A stretch of 64,000 nucleotides of DNA from Rhodosorus marinus CCMP1338 (GCA_029953675.1 JAMWBK010000005.1:3100001-3164000), one strand, 5' to 3'; counted from the first letter of the stretch, positions 27,101-41,335 are shown. Translations and numbers: made by a program. The notes: generated from the letters alone by a model not told the origin.

Positions 27101-27814
27101 TCTGGGGTTGGTCCATATACCTCGGAAATTCGCTGCGTCAACACGTACTGGTATAAAAGTTTCCCAGCAGTAACTAACACGTTCGCCTTGTATGCTGGAC
27201 CCTGTAGCCTCAACTGTGACCCGGGAGCCTGGGGTCGTGCTCAACTTGTTCTCCATTACGGCTAGTTCTAGTCGTAGAGGATTTGGGGCTCGCTCTTTTG
27301 GGTGATTTGGTGGAATATTATCCTTGTTCCATTCTCTCCAGTCCTTGAGCATCCTTGCTGTCTTAATCGGATAAACGTCTGTGCGACATTCGTCTTCTCC
27401 CCAACATCGGTCTGCAAGTCGGATAAATGCTTTATTTGACGAATTGACCAGTGGTTAGACCGTCCAGACTTCAGTCCAGATTCATCAATTTGTTCTTTGA
27501 TTTTGTTTTTGGAGGAATCGGGGTAGAGTCTAGCGGGTTGTCCCCATCTCTCGTGACTGCGAGTTTCCAACGGCCCCAACATGTTTTTAATTCTTGCCCT
27601 ATGGGTGTGTTGTTTTTGTTTATAAAATAGACTATTTTGACGTGCACTCGTATTATGGAGAGAACTCATCCATATAATGAATTATTCAACTAAACTTCAC
27701 GATACCATATACCTAGACCTACCTAATTCTGAAAAGCTTGGAGGAGAAATCTGAGGAGAAAAGGTAGGGGGACAAGTTTTGAGGAGAAATTCACCGAAGA
27801 TACACTTCCCCTAT

Positions 27815-27847
27815 AGGTAGTTAGTCTCTGAATAAACGGATGATGAT
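27815..27847 (+). mobile_element. Isolated family-B 3' terminus with GAT tail, abutting the copia LTR
   Basis: ggtagttagtctctgaataaac followed by ggatgatgat matches the family-B end at about 61538-61571. Confidence 0.7.
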
Positions 27848-28114
27848 TGTTGGAATTTTCAAGGATTCGTGACCTTGACCTCAGTTTCATCCTCCAAACT
27901 TCGGTACCTTCTTTATTGTTCCACTGACTAATGGGCCGATATATTCCATTTAAGTACTCTAGTATACTGTGAAGATGATCGATATCTTGTACTGTTCAAA
28001 CTGTTTCCTCCATTTGAAACCGTAACGGTATGATTCCGCATCCACCCATCGTATGCCATGTGCGTATCGGTCTTACCGTATGTATCACGATGTGTGAATG
28101 CCCTTCTACGAACA
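27848..28114 (-). repeat. copia-1 3' LTR, 267 bp, TG...CA
   Basis: Repeated at 31985-32107 and lies next to the PPT. Confidence 0.9.
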
Positions 28115-31100
28115 CTCCCCCTCGCTCTCATGTACCACAGTAGAGAGTCGATCTACAATACCCAGCCCGGACCTCAATATCTCCGTCCTCTCCTTCATCA
28201 GAGGCTTGGTGAGCAACCATCTCGTCGGTGCTGAGGTACTTCAGCTGTACCTCTTCGGACGCACACCTCTCGCGTGCGTACTGAAGTTTGACAGATACGT
28301 GGCGCGACATCCTGCTATCCCCGGATGTCGCCCACCGCAGAGACGACGTGTTGTCCGTGTATGCAACTAAGGGCATACTAACGTCCTTGCCAGTCTCGAC
28401 GATGAACTCCTGTACCCACCTCTGGGTCGTCATCATGTCCCCCAGCGCCTGGTACTCCGCTTCCGCCGTCGATTGGGCCACCGACCGTTGCTTCCATGAT
28501 CGGTAAGCCACTGGCGCTCCATCGACTGTCACCAACAAACCTGAAGTACTCCTACTGTCTTCGTGACTGGCCCATCTCGCATCAGAGTATCCGGTTACTT
28601 GATATCTGATTTGCCTCTGCTCACCATCGTCTGAGGAGTTACCAATAGCTGGATCCGTTTTTGATTTACCACCCAATTTCATTACTTTTCCCTGCGTTCC
28701 CGCCAAATATCGCAGGGGCTGCCGCGCCTTTTCGAAATCTCCGAGTCGATAATCTGCCGTTTTTTGCGCGATCAAGCCGACTGCATAACTTATATCAGGT
28801 CGCGTTCTAGTGCTTAAGTAGAGGAGAGATCCAGTTAGCTCCTGAAACGGTGATGAGGTCATTTCCATCGAAGTCTCTTTCGTAGAGGGTGCGATGGAAA
28901 TTGGTGTGGGTAACGGGGGACATCCCTTCAAACCGTACGCGAGGGTAAGTGTGCGAATATAATCTGCCTGCGAGAGGTAGATTTCTGTTTTCCTCCGGTC
29001 TCGCACTATTCTCACACCGAGGAAATCTCGTGCCGCTCCTAGATGTTTGATGTCGTAAAGGTTTGACAACACGTTCTTCGTTATCTCAACGCCAACCCGG
29101 CTCCCAACGATAAGCATATCATCTACGTAGACCGCGATGATGCACTTCTCCTTCCGGTACACGCAGCTTTCTGTTCTCAGCTGCTGAAAACCTTGCGCAA
29201 GGAAATCGTTGCTTAGTTTCCGGTGCCACTCTCTTCCCGCTTGTTTTAGGCCGTACAAGCTCTTCCGTAGGCGCGAGACGTGCTCCGCCTTTCCCGGTTC
29301 CTCCATGCCGCGGGGCTGCATCATGTAGATCTCTTCCTGCAGGCTCGCATTCAGGTACGCAGTCTTCACATCAGCTTGCTCCACTTCGAGAGCTTCCATC
29401 GCTGCTATGGTCAGGAGTACTCGAACGTTGGCGAACTCCACCTTTGGCGCGAAGACCTCCTCGTAGTCAATGCCATGTCTCTGGGCAAATCCTTGAGCTA
29501 CGAGTCGCGCGTTGAACCGTTGAACTGATCCATCTGCATTTTTCTTGACTTTTTAGGATAAGTCGTGACCCAAGAACCTGGCTCCGAGGGACAAGTTCCC
29601 ATGTCCGGTTCGCCGGTAACGATCCGAGCTCTTCGGCAGCAGCTCGTCTCCAGTCTTCAGCGTAAGCGCCGTTGATCGCTTCATTCCAGGACTCCGGGCT
29701 CGGTACGTCGTACAAGTAGTCCCCCTTCTGCAGGAGGTTCACTGAAACCTCCCTTCCTCGGGGTCTTGAAGTCATTCGTTTTTGCAGATTAATTTCTTTC
29801 GCCGGGAAGACGTCTTCAGAAACGCGCCTGATCGCGATTATAGGACCTGTCAGTTGTCGGATCCCAGATCCTCGCCACTTGTGAGTCCGCTACGAACATG
29901 AGGATTCCTGTACTGGACCTGCTATCCAGTTTACCCTGTTTCCCCGGTTCGTACCGCTTGTATGTGATCTCACACCCAAACGGATATGCGTTTCCCAGAT
30001 CCATCTTGCTGCCCCTAACCGTCTCCTCTGGACATTTCCCTTTCAGGAACTTCTGTGGGGTTCGGTTGATGTTGGCGACGACTACCTTTAGTGCTTCCGG
30101 CCACATGTCGTCTGTCACTCCGCTGTCGAACATGGTGGCACGCAGAATTTCTGAGACTTTTCTCACCATTCGCTCCGCTATCCCGTTGCTGGAGGGAGTA
30201 TACGGGGCGCTCGGGTCCCGCGTGATACCCAGGTCACGTAGTAGGGGTTTCATGCTACTATGCTCAAGTGCGTTGTCACTTTTGAGTCTTTTTACATTTG
30301 CCCCATGTTGCGCTTTCATTACCATGACATGCTCCCTAAAGGCTTCATCAATGAGACTTCTGTGTTCAAGGGCATGCGCTCCCAGCATCCCTGTTGCCTC
30401 ATCCACGAAGACTCCTATATCTTTCTCTCCATGTCTTCCTGCACGGAACGGTCCGGCGATGTCAGTATGTATGCACTCGCCGAACGTCTCTGCCTTCCTG
30501 AGAGGTCCACTTCCACCCATCGCGGTCATCTTTGCTTTCTCGCAGCTGGAGCATTCGAACTTGTCAGGTACTTTGTCGCCCATGCGGATAACACCGTCCT
30601 TTTCTAGTTGTTTCACAGCTCCAGCACCCGGATGTACGAGCCTCCTGTGCCATCCCATGGCATCCGTATCTTCGTTGCTACGTACTACTGCTACCGCTGC
30701 TGTTTGTGTTCTGCTATTGCCGCTAATCTCCAAGTCAGTATAAAGGAGACCAGACTTTGCAATAGCTTTAATCACTTCCCTCCCATCCTTTTCTACGACT
30801 AATGTCTTTCCCTCTAAAGATCTAATGGAGAAACCGTTTTCCATCAATCTACTTAGACTGACTACATTCAATGAGCCGCCTGGAAGGTAGATAGTGTCCT
30901 TCAGCGACAATATATCTCCTTTTCGCGTCCTTAGCTCGACCGTACCCATCTTGCCGAGGGTCTTCGTTGTCCCGTCCCCGAATATGATGTCAGTGTCAAC
31001 CGTCCTTGTGGGGCCCGAGAATGCACTCTCAGAGGTGCATATATGGTCCGTTGCTCCAGAGTCCAGCACGAACCTTGCTGGAGCTCTGACCGCCGTCATT

Positions 31101-31984
31101 CCTGCGTGGAATCTTCGCGTTTCCGGCCTGGTTTCCTCCTTGTCCTGCTCCTCAGGACAGTTGGCTACGGCGTGTCCGGGTTTCTTGCACCCATAACACA
31201 GAAATCCCCTGGGGATCTTCCTCTTCTTCTTCTTCTGCACCGTTGTGACGTGGTTCGTGCTGGAATCCGTTTTGGACTTGATTTGTTTGGACCCTCGAAG
31301 TCGGTCCAGCTCCTCAAAGTCGTTACAGAAACCTGTCCAGACTGGACTTTTGTCCTTCGCGGCGCAGAACAGGAACTCCGCGTACTCGTCGCCCCTCTCC
31401 TCCAAAATCTTCCGGATGACAAGACGTTTTTCTTCATCTGTGGGCGCCACGCCCGTTGTCTCCCTGATCTCTGCAAACTGGGTTTGTAGCCAGTTCACCA
31501 GAGAGCGTGGCGACTAGTTGGTGTGCATCTCGCGCCGATACACCTTGCCCCACACGCTGTCCGCCGTCTCGCGGGAGGAGGGCTCATATCTAGCCCGAAG
31601 CGCCGCCCATACCTGCTCTGGCGCTGCCTCTCTCGAAGAGGCAAACGCAGTGTCCAGCGCCGGCCCATCCAGCACTCTGGAGAACACCGCAGAGATATAC
31701 TGTCTCTCCGCTTCCGTCGCGTCTATCGGGTTGTCGATTACATCCCTAAGATCTTTGACGGTCAGGTAGCACTCTACCTGGTGTCTCCAATTCCGGAAGG
31801 ATCGGAACGAATCCTGATCCCCGGTGAACACTGACGGTAGCGCGAAATCCTTCAAGCGCGCGTCATGTTCTGCAACACTTCCCCTCGTCCTCGCCGCCAT
31901 TCTGAGGCAACACCACGCACAATCCCTATTCCCGTAAAAAAGCACCAAGCAGCTCTTACAAAATCGCACCAAGCGATGAGACTA

Positions 31985-32107
31985 TGTTGGAATTTTCAAG
32001 GATTCGTGACCTTGACCTCAGTTTCATCCTCCAAACTTCGGTACCTTCTTTATTGTTCCACTGACTAATGTGCCGATATATTCCACTTAAGTACTCTAAT
32101 ATACTGT
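31985..32107 (-). repeat. copia-1 5' LTR, truncated where family A begins
   Basis: Matches the first ~123 bp of 27848-28114 with about 3 substitutions, then breaks off. Confidence 0.9.
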
Positions 32108-32117
32108 AAGAAAAAAA

Positions 32118-34228
32118 TAGGGGTGGGATTTTCCGGGGGTTGCGAACTAATCACCCATACGATCGAGCTCGAGCGAGCCAGTAGGCCTGATTGGGTCGTT
32201 TTGGTAGTTGAATTCCGTAACGCGTTGAACAGCGTCTCGCGGACGCATGCTTTGGAGGTGATTCGCAGGTTATTCCCGGAGGCGTGGCCGTTCCTATCCG
32301 GTATTTACGGAGGGGGGAGCCTCCCTTACTTGACAGCGCAGGGCTCTGTTTTTGCAGCACGTACTGGCGTTCAACAGGGTGATCCTTGTGGGCCGGTACT
32401 TCACGCCTGTGCCTACCATGACGACGTGACGTTGCTGGGCACTCCTGAGCACATGGCTCGGGGACTGACCCAGATCGAAGCAATCGCGCGTGGAGTAGAT
32501 CTAACCGTGGAACCCGAAAAATGCCGTTTTCTCGGCCCGCGTGAAGTTTCGAGGGGCTCCCTGCCACCTAGTCTCCGGGCCCTTGGTGAACATGCGGGGC
32601 TCGAGCACCATGGCGTCGGTTTCGGGAGTGACAACTTTGTCCAAGACTCTTGCGAACAAGTTTTAGCGCGCCATAAGCAGCTCACCGAGGCCATTGAGCG
32701 CCTACCGGATAGCATGCTCCAATCGGCCTGCCTGCTCTCCCGCTTTTGTGCCTGCCCCCGACTGAATTACTGGCTGCGAAGCCTTCCACCGCACTGGGGC
32801 TCGTGGATGGCAGCCAAGGCGGACGAGGCGACGCTGAAGCACTGGGGAACGCTCCTGGATGAACCCCTGGATGTGGAAGCGGCTCCTGACAGGGACCTAA
32901 TTCGTGGCCAGATTGCCCTACCTTTGCGATTAGGCGGATTTGGAGTGGCCGACCGTGGACTCGTATGCTCGGCAGCGGCGGTCGCCTCCTGGGCTACCGC
33001 GCTTCGCACCTTGGTGAGTTTTCGGATGCGAAGTGCTTGCCTTTTGGATAGAGCACTGACTAGCGAAGACCCCGTGACCCTTCCGCCGCCGCTTTTGAGT
33101 ATCTATGATGCTCTGCAACAGGCGTTCAGCAAGCGCAACGCCGTGCCGGACGAGAGCCGATCCAGATTTCCCTCCTGGAAGGAGCTGTTATGGGGACGAA
33201 CTGAGGCGCTCGAGGACTCTCCCATCGACAGAGTACTCGCCGACGAGGGGGAAGCTAGCCCCGGGTCACCGGTTGCCGATTATCCGGGTCTGAGCCGATT
33301 GTGGAGCTCGCGCACTGATGTGATACAACATAGCCTCACCTGGGGCCAACACAGTGCCGCTCACGCAATCTTGCTCAACTCTCCACTCACGCCGCCTAAC
33401 ACCGCCGCTCGCCTCCGCCGTATGGGAGGCCATCTTTCACATTCGTGGTTAACGACCCTGCCGTCATCACTGGGTCACCGTCTGGATGCCTTCCAGTTTC
33501 GCTCTGCCGCACGGATTTACCTGGGTTTGCCACAAGCTCCGCGGCACTCTAATCGGCCGTCTTTCTGTCAGGGATGTGAGAGTCGGATCGATGCTTGTGG
33601 TTACCATTTCTTAGGTTCATGCGAACTGTTGAGAGGTCTTCGTACGAGGCGTCACACTCGCTTCAAGTACATTCTCAGCGAATGTCTGACTCGGGTAGGG
33701 CATACGGTTGAGGTGGAATCGGAACTACCCAGATCGGTCTCGGACAGGGCACCGCCCCGCTGTATCGCAGATCTCCTCGTCTCCGATGCTGCCGCCAGAC
33801 GTTCAGCATATGTTGACCTCGCGATTACATGCCCTATGGCAAGCGCCCTTCTCACGGCTGCCGCCCGCGGCCGGGGAGCAGCTGCTTCGGCCCTTCGCCG
33901 CGTGAAGGAACGACGGTATGCTGAGAGTATGGCCAGCCTGCCTCGCGCTGAGGGTCGCTCCCACCGGTTCCAGCCTTTCATTGTGGAAAGCTTTGCTCAC
34001 GTGGAGAAGTCGGGTTTGGAGTGGTTGCGGAAATGTTTCACTGAGCATCCTGTTGAATACTTGGAATTTTTGCGGCGCTTAAGTGTCTCTCTGTGGCGAT
34101 ATTCGAGCAGCATGCTTGCCGAGGCGCGCCATCGGCGCCTGGGTTTGCACGCTTCCCTACCTAGTTCTTAGTTCCTTTTCGCGGTTTGCGTAGCGTTGTA
34201 GGCTATGCTAATAAAGCCAGTAAAGCCA
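32118..34228 (+). mobile_element. CRE-like non-LTR element, family A, 5'-truncated (ORF 32123-34171)
   Basis: GVGFSGGCE, FRNALNSVSR, GVQQGDP, AYHDDV, LPLRLGGFG, CQGC...HFLGSC...RRH, IADLLV, YVDLAI and FQPFIVESF, i.e. RT, zinc knuckle and REL. Confidence 0.92.
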
Positions 34229-36308
34229 ATGTACGAGATCGGGTTTCCGTCCAGGTATGCGACAGTGCCGGTTACGGATTTTCGGTCCTTTGGTGATGAC
34301 CATGACGCGTCTACGTAAAGTGTGATCTCCTCCTGTTCTTGACAAGGAGAGAAGACTAGTGATGCGTTGATTGTGCCTCGCAAGTACCTTAATATTCGCC
34401 TTCCAGCTGACCAGTAGTCGTCGTTGAAGCGTAGCGCCTTTTGTGGCTAGTAGCGTAACTGGCGTGATGTCGGCTCTGGTTCTTGTAGAAATGTACAGTA
34501 GAGCCCCGATGAGTTCTCGGTGAGGGAACTCTTCTTGCCTTCCGGACTTGTCCGTTGGTATATAGTCCCTTGTCATCGGCGTTGGTACTGGTTTGCTCTC
34601 GCTCATTCTAAAGTCTTCAGTATTTTCTCGATGTACTTCTTCCGCCCCAAGGAGATGGATGATGTTTGGGGTCTCTCGCGATTTCGATGCCAAAGTATTC
34701 TCTCGCTGCGTTGAGGTCTTTCAGATCGTACATTGTGTGTAGCTGCTCCTTAACTTCTGCCACCCGTTGTTTGCTTCCGATGATTAAGAAGTCATCGACG
34801 TATACCACTACGACTAGGTAGACACGTTCCTTTACGAAAACGCACGGGTATGTAGTTGTTGCTTTAAAGCCATGACCTTGTAGGCCTTTCCTTAGCTTCT
34901 CGTACCATACTTTCAGGTACAGCTTTAAACTATAGAGTTTAGCCTGCAGACCCAACCATTGTCTTATGTGCCCAGGGGGTATCTCCTCATCGAGTTCGCC
35001 ATTAAGGTAGGCCGTCGATACGTCAATTTGTTGCACGTCGTAGTTACGTTGGGCTGCCACTGAGAGCATTACTCTGATGCTGTTGAAACTGACCTTCGGG
35101 AAGTACACTTCTGTAAAGTCTTGCTGCTGGAAACCGCTTGCGACTAGCCGTGCTTTGAATTTCAGAGGCTCCCCGCTCCCGTTCCGTTTCAGTTTGAAAA
35201 CGAATTTGTTGCTTGACTCTTGCTTATCCTTTGGTCTGTCCACCAGCGACCAGGTCTGATTCTTGCTCAGACTTTCGAGCTCGTCCGCGATTGCTTCCTC
35301 CAAATACTTCTCGTGGGGTCCATCCCGCGCGAAGTATTGCCAGCAAGGGCTTCCTCGATGGTTTGAGGGTCCTTGATTATTCTCAAGCTGTTCAATGTGG
35401 GTTTGGATGTCGTGCTTGATCTTATCTGTCGCGGTAAATTTGTGACTTCTCTTCTTTCGTTGTTTGTTCGTTATTCTCACGATCTTCGAGGCTGTTGTCA
35501 GGTTTCACATCCTCGATGTGAGGTCTAAGGTGGGTTTTACGAACTGGTGTTTCTAGTTCATCTTCGCAGCTCGATTGGTCCGGATTCTGACTGATGTAGT
35601 CTTTCGCTTTGGCGTAGTCGATGGCTTCTTGGATGTCCGGTGTAAGTGCGGCTTGGGGATCCTTCAGAGGGAAGGTTTCCTCCTGTACTACTATGTGTTT
35701 TGTCTATCTTTTGCGACCATCTCCGAGTTGGATCAGTCAGGTGCCTGCCGCTTCGCTCACAACGGAGTATAATCCCACGCATCGTTGGCGAGTTTGTCAC
35801 GTCGCATATAACCATCTTCCTTTGGTTCTGCGCGATCGCTAGGCAGGGGAAAGAATACATGTTGCGGAAGTACTCTTTCGTGCAGGTAACCATTTCCCAA
35901 GGGCTTTTGTTGTTCCCTCGCCTTGGTCTTCCGTTTAGGATCCTTTCGATGATTTGGAGGATCTCTGTATAGGAGTTCTTCCCTATGCCCGATTGGTACA
36001 GGAATACCCTAATGAGCATCAGGATACTCCGGCTGGTTCGCTCCGAGATCCCGTTTGCTTCCGCGCTGTACGGGGGCGTTGTGTCTAGGGTGATCCCTAG
36101 CTTTTCGAATTTTTCTTGCATCCCTAGGGGTATTCATTCGCCTCCCCCCCGTCTGAGCGGACGGTTATTATCCTCTGACCCGATAAGCACTCGAAATACA
36201 CACATATTCATCGAATACCTGGGAGGCGTCGGTTTTTTTCTGTATCGGATATATTTTTGGAAATCTCGGTACCTCGACTGTGAAGGTGACCTAATATTCT
36301 GCTCCTTT

Positions 36309-39300
36309 TGATACGAACGAATGGTTTTTTTCCCCTCGAGGCTGAAAAAAAAACCCCGAGGGGAAAAAAAGACTAAGCGCGGCGAAGTACTCGCGCCTCC
36401 AACATCAAAGCGGCATTCATGCGCCACAGCAGGAAACTTAAGCGGGTAAACAACGATTGAAGACGGTCAGGGCGTTCGCGGAACAACTCCCGAAGCCAGC
36501 GAGAACCAACAGAGTCCATGAACCCAAAGCACTCAATGATCAGGGGTACCAAGCGATGTGCTAGTGCCGAAGCACGAACACCAGGGGAAGACAAAGCCCC
36601 CGCGTATTTGATCTCTTTGCGGCGTCTCATGCTGGCGGCGGCAGATCCACGGCGCTCCCCCGCAGCCGGGAGATAACGACTAGCTTGAGGGTTAGGAACA
36701 GCAAGATCAACGTATGTGGTACGGCGGCTGTCGTCACAGGTGATCACCAGGTCGGCTACACGGCGTTCATCATTTTGAAAGTCCGCGACGGGTAAAGGTT
36801 TCTCACGTTCGATTTCCAGACCGGCTTGCCGGACTATAGGCCGAAGTTCCCGGTATAACAGGTTCAAGATCCGTGTGTGGCGGCGGGTTCGAGCACCTTT
36901 CACCGCCGGGCAACTAGCGAGCAGGTGGGCGCCAAAATCTGCGTTGTCTTCAGTCTGAGAGCAGAGAGGGCACGACGAACCCATCTCGTACGGCCAAGGG
37001 GGCTGATGTAAGCCGAGGTATAAGCGCAGTGAAGTACGCACTTCGAAATCCGACAGTGTGAGTGGCGGAAAGGCTGGTACGGTCATGAGCCACTGAGAGC
37101 TAAGAACCCCTCCAAGACTACGTAGGCGGGCGCGAGCGCGAGAAGATGAGACCATCTGCGCGAGGAGTCGGCCATATGCAGCACGGTGCAAGTCCCAAGA
37201 AAGGATATTTTGCAGCGCATCCGTGCGTGCTTGAGCTCGGCTCCCAGCGCGCTGGGAATCATCAGGAGGATCAACTGGAACTTCTTCTTCTGCGGCAACC
37301 ACTGGGTCAATCTCCCCTAGAACAGGTTCAGGCGCAGGACGAATCCCCGGGGCGGAGCCTCGAGAGCGGTCAAATACAGCTCGCCAGTCAGGAAGACGGG
37401 GTTGAACGGTTTCGGGGAGACTAGTACAGGAATTCAGGGCGGTTTGGAGCTCCAGAAACAAGTCTTGGGCGCTTTCCGGTACGCTGGGAAGCAAGACACC
37501 CCGCGAGAGGCTCGCCATCAAATTGCGGAACTTCGAGATACCCAAGCTGCTCAAAGTGGGAAGTGCGGTTCCCCAGGCCCCTACTGCGGCTGCAGGTTGG
37601 ACCACAACACGATTGCAGAGGCCCAGTCCCCCAATCGCAATGGGAGGCCTACCTGGGGGCGCACAACATCACAGGTGGGTCGCGGCAGAGCGCTCAGCTC
37701 TTCATCGAGAAAATACCCCAGGTCACGGAAACTTTCAGCATCCGCACGAGTGGCCAACCGCCGGCCCCAATGAGTTGGAAGTGAGCGAAGCCAATAGGTT
37801 AACCGCTGACTGCAACAATACCGAAACAGCAACAACGAGCACTGGAGAAAGCCCGGAGGTAGCCGTCGAAGCTCTGCAACCAGCTGTCTGTGCTTACCGA
37901 GGAGCTGCAGCAACTCGCCTTCAACGAAGGACGGCGACCCGTAGGGGATGCCTAAGTGGACAAAACCATCCGGTCTCCAAATATCCTGGAACGACGCAGG
38001 TACCTGCTGCTCTTGTGCAGCTACACCTCCCCAGTAGAACGATTTGTGATGATTAACCTCCAGGTCAACCCGCGAAGCCAAGGAGCGGAGACGATCATAA
38101 GCGAGTGCTAGAGTATCAGGGGGCCCCAGGAGGCACACGTCGTCGTGGTATGCAACCGTACGAACCTGCGGGAATTCGGAGCGAAGACAAAGCAAGACGA
38201 GTTGTAGTCCACAGGCATGTAGGAAAGGGGACCAGGGATCACCCTGTTGTACCCCTGTGCGCGCCGCAAACGTGTGTGAGGAAGCGCCAAGGGTGTCATA
38301 GGTAGCCCCACGACCAAGCGGAGAATAAAGTCTACTAACAAAGGGAAAGCCTACGGGGAAGACTTCGCGCACCACGTGCATGAGAGCCGGACGAGAGACG
38401 CGGTTGAACGCATTGGTAAAATCTACAGAGAGGAGCCCAGAATCTGGGGAGTACGCCATTTCCGAACGGATTAAAACAGACAACAACTCACAGCCACCAC
38501 GATAGCCCACGCCTAACTGCACGTGCCCAAAGAAACGGCGGGATTCGGGAACCAGGATTTTCACTAACCATCGCGCCGCCAATTTGCGGACCACCTCAAC
38601 CAGGCCAATAGGGCGAATAGCAGGGCTCGAGGCCGTGTGGCCGGGCTTCGAAAGCAGACACAACTGCGAACGCCCGACCAAGAACCACGCACACTCACAC
38701 AGGGGATCACCATTCACAAGCGCTTCGACCACCCACGCCAACGCCTCAAACCTTCATCACTTAAGAAACGGAGATATTCCACCCGCAGCCCCGAGGGCCC
38801 TGGGGAACGGCCCTTCGGAGCATCATGAACCAACTCACGCACCGCCTCCAGATTGACCACTAACCGCGCACTGGGATGTGGCGCGGCGCGGTACTCTTCC
38901 AACACTGATTCAAACGAGGAGTCCCAAGGGGAGCCTTCCGAGGGAAAGAGCAAACGGAGCGGTGAAGAAAGATCATCGGAGTATGGAACCACAGGTTGCC
39001 GCTGCTGCAGGATCCCGGCTGCCCGCCGCAGATCACCGCCTGCCACCGCGTGACGCGCCCGATTCTGTCGAGAAGACCTAAAAGCTGAGGAAGCACTAGG
39101 AGAAAAGGAAGAGAGAGAAGCGAAATAAAGACGTTCGAGGTCCTCAAAGTCGCCGGAAAGGAACATTTGCAGTTTTCGGCGAGGGTGGACCCGGCGAGGA
39201 TGTGGGTTGAGGGGGACGGTAGAGGATGTGAGCACGAGGCGGGGAAAAAAAAAGAACAAGAGTTCCCAGCGAAGAGAGCAGTGAGGGTTCGCGGCGACCT

Positions 39301-41053
39301 GCTGCCAGAGAAAATCCAACACCAATCCTAGGGGCTTATGAAGTCGACGAGGGAGCCGTACGGCCGTGCTCTGACGACAAAGGGGAAGGGAACCGTCCGG
39401 GTAGGAGGCGACAAGGTGCGAAAACCACGAGAGAACACGCTCATGCCAGGCTGAGCGGTCACTGGTAAACAGGGGTAACCGGGACGACACGCACGCGGAG
39501 GAGGAAGACTCAGACATCGGGCCTCCCCTCAGTCGGGAAGGCAGATCGAATATCCGGAGGAGGTGCCTCGGAGGGAGGCTCAGGAGCCGCACGACGCTTA
39601 CGTGGAGGGCGCACGAAGGAACTAAAAGACCTGAAGAAAGTAGACACAGGGTTTTCAGCAGCGGAGTCTTGACTGAGGGTGTCCAGAGCCAGCGGATTCG
39701 GAGAGGCCGATGGTGCTTCTGCCATGTCGGTGTCACGAGCCTCGGAGACAGGGCGAGGGGAGGAAGGGTGCTCAAGAGTCGGCGGCAGAAGGTCAAACGC
39801 AGGGTGGGCTTCCAGCAGGGTGGCCTCAGTGGAGAGGAAGGCCTCTAGCGCGGTGCGGAGGACCCCGCGAGGAGGAAAACGCGCGAAGAGGCTCGCCTGT
39901 ATGCGCGAGAGCCGCGCCGCATGAGTGTGTAGCGCGACAACCGAAGCCTGCGAGGCATCCAGGTTTTGCAAGGCCGACGGAGGAACCCAGCCGGCGTCAA
40001 AACGATCGAACTCGACAAACAAAGAGACATGAGGACGAGTCAGTATCATGTTGGCCAGAGCAGAGCGCTGGGGCGCGGGGGTGGTTACAAGCGATTGAAG
40101 GAACTGGTAAGCCGAGTCAGTAACAAGAAAACAGGCATGAGGGCCCGTGAAGTCCACATATAGGAATTCAGACGGGGCGACCCCAAGGGAGGAAGCCATG
40201 GTGTCGCGAAAATCGCGGTAGTGGACGGGCGCGCGGCCCCGACCACGAGAGGGGGTCTGGGGACGCACGTTCGTCATCCAAACAAAGTGGAACGGAGATA
40301 GTTGGCGAGAAGAGTCAATAGGGATGTGTTGTGGCATCACACGCACCATTGCCGTCGTGCGTTGTTCAGAAGAGCCCCTGCGTAGGACCTGCGAATAGGT
40401 CGCACGTGGGGCACTGGAGGGAGCAGGATTCGGGCCCGACGCGGGCCCAGGAGGCGTCTGTCCTTGAATAGGGGTAGGCCAGTCGGAATCAGGAATGACC
40501 GGAGCGGAGCGCTCGGGTCGGGTGGAGGCAGGCCCCGCTGTACCGTGCGGATCCGCGGGGACGGGCACCGGGGGGTATGGGGCAGGCGCGGAGGCGGAGA
40601 AGCGCTCCAAATAGGCGATCAGCAGGGGCAGGCGGTGTTCCTGGGAAGCAGTCACAAGAAGACTCGTCAGTTTCGAGCAGATCCCATGGGCTAACTCGTC
40701 AGCGCAGTCCGTGAGGGTGGCCGCGGTACTAAACCCGCCCACGCAGAGCTCCACGCGCGCTGAGAGAACGGCTCCGTCCGCCGGAATGGGTGGGGAAACC
40801 CCAACCATAACGATTGGAAGGTGTGAAAAACCGATTCCCCCACGAAACCCCCAAAAAGAGAACTTGTTCCCAACGTTTGCAACCAAAGAAAAACCACCAC
40901 GACCTCCAAGGGGCGCTAGCAACCCCCAGCACGCACCACACCACTAGAAGATGCGGGGGAAAGGCTGCAGAAAGAAGCGCCTCCCACCGAAGAACACAAT
41001 TGCGACTCAAAACCACCAAAAGCCAGCACCATACACCCTCACGAAACCAAAAA
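36309..41053 (-). mobile_element. CRE-like non-LTR element, family C, near full length: ORF1 39510-40808, ORF2 36373-39517 with two frameshifts
   Basis: RT motifs DFTNAFNRVSR, GVQQGDP and AYHDDV; CPLC...HLLASC...RRH; REL RVADL/YVDLAV/LVPLIIECFG. Candidate 10-bp TSD ctgct(c/t)cttt at 36299-36308 and 41054-41063. Confidence 0.95.
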
Positions 41054-41335
41054 CTGCTTCTTTGGGCGGGAAACGTTGTCAGCTTTGCGCATGCAGCCAT
41101 TGCGCCTCTTTTTTTTGTAGAATTTACAACCCTTGTCGAAGTTGACGTTGTATGTAACCTTTCTTCATGATCGCAGGCACAGAGAAGTAGTTTCCCTCGA
41201 TGGCAGGTGGGTATAAAACGTCCTCGATCGTTATTAGTTGTCGCCTATTGCCGACTGCCGTTGCGATGACCACTGTTCCTCTTTGATTTCCGCTGATCGT
41301 TCGTTGGTCTGCGAGAGTTACAGTATTGATCTTGG

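Larger units (their letters stand above)
27848..32107 (-). mobile_element. Ty1/copia LTR retrotransposon (copia-1), disrupted
   Basis: gag (31514-31972, then an in-frame TAG), zinc knuckle CYGCKKPGHAVANC, protease LDSGATDH, WHRRLVH, integrase HTDIAGP...NGIAER, RT DVKTAYL/LYGLKQA/YVDD and RNase H YSDA...STAEAEY. PPT at 28115-28123, PBS at 31969-31984. Confidence 0.95.

Noticed and set aside
29898-30743. Long antisense ORFs over copia, gypsy and non-LTR coding regions (e.g. 29898-30743, 48939-49643, 37523-38056)
   Set aside because: Shadow ORFs of GC-rich coding sequence with no independent motifs.
31514-31516. In-frame TAG in copia-1 gag as programmed readthrough
   Set aside because: It lies in mid-gag, upstream of the zinc knuckle, and the element has other lesions in pol, so a nonsense mutation is simpler.
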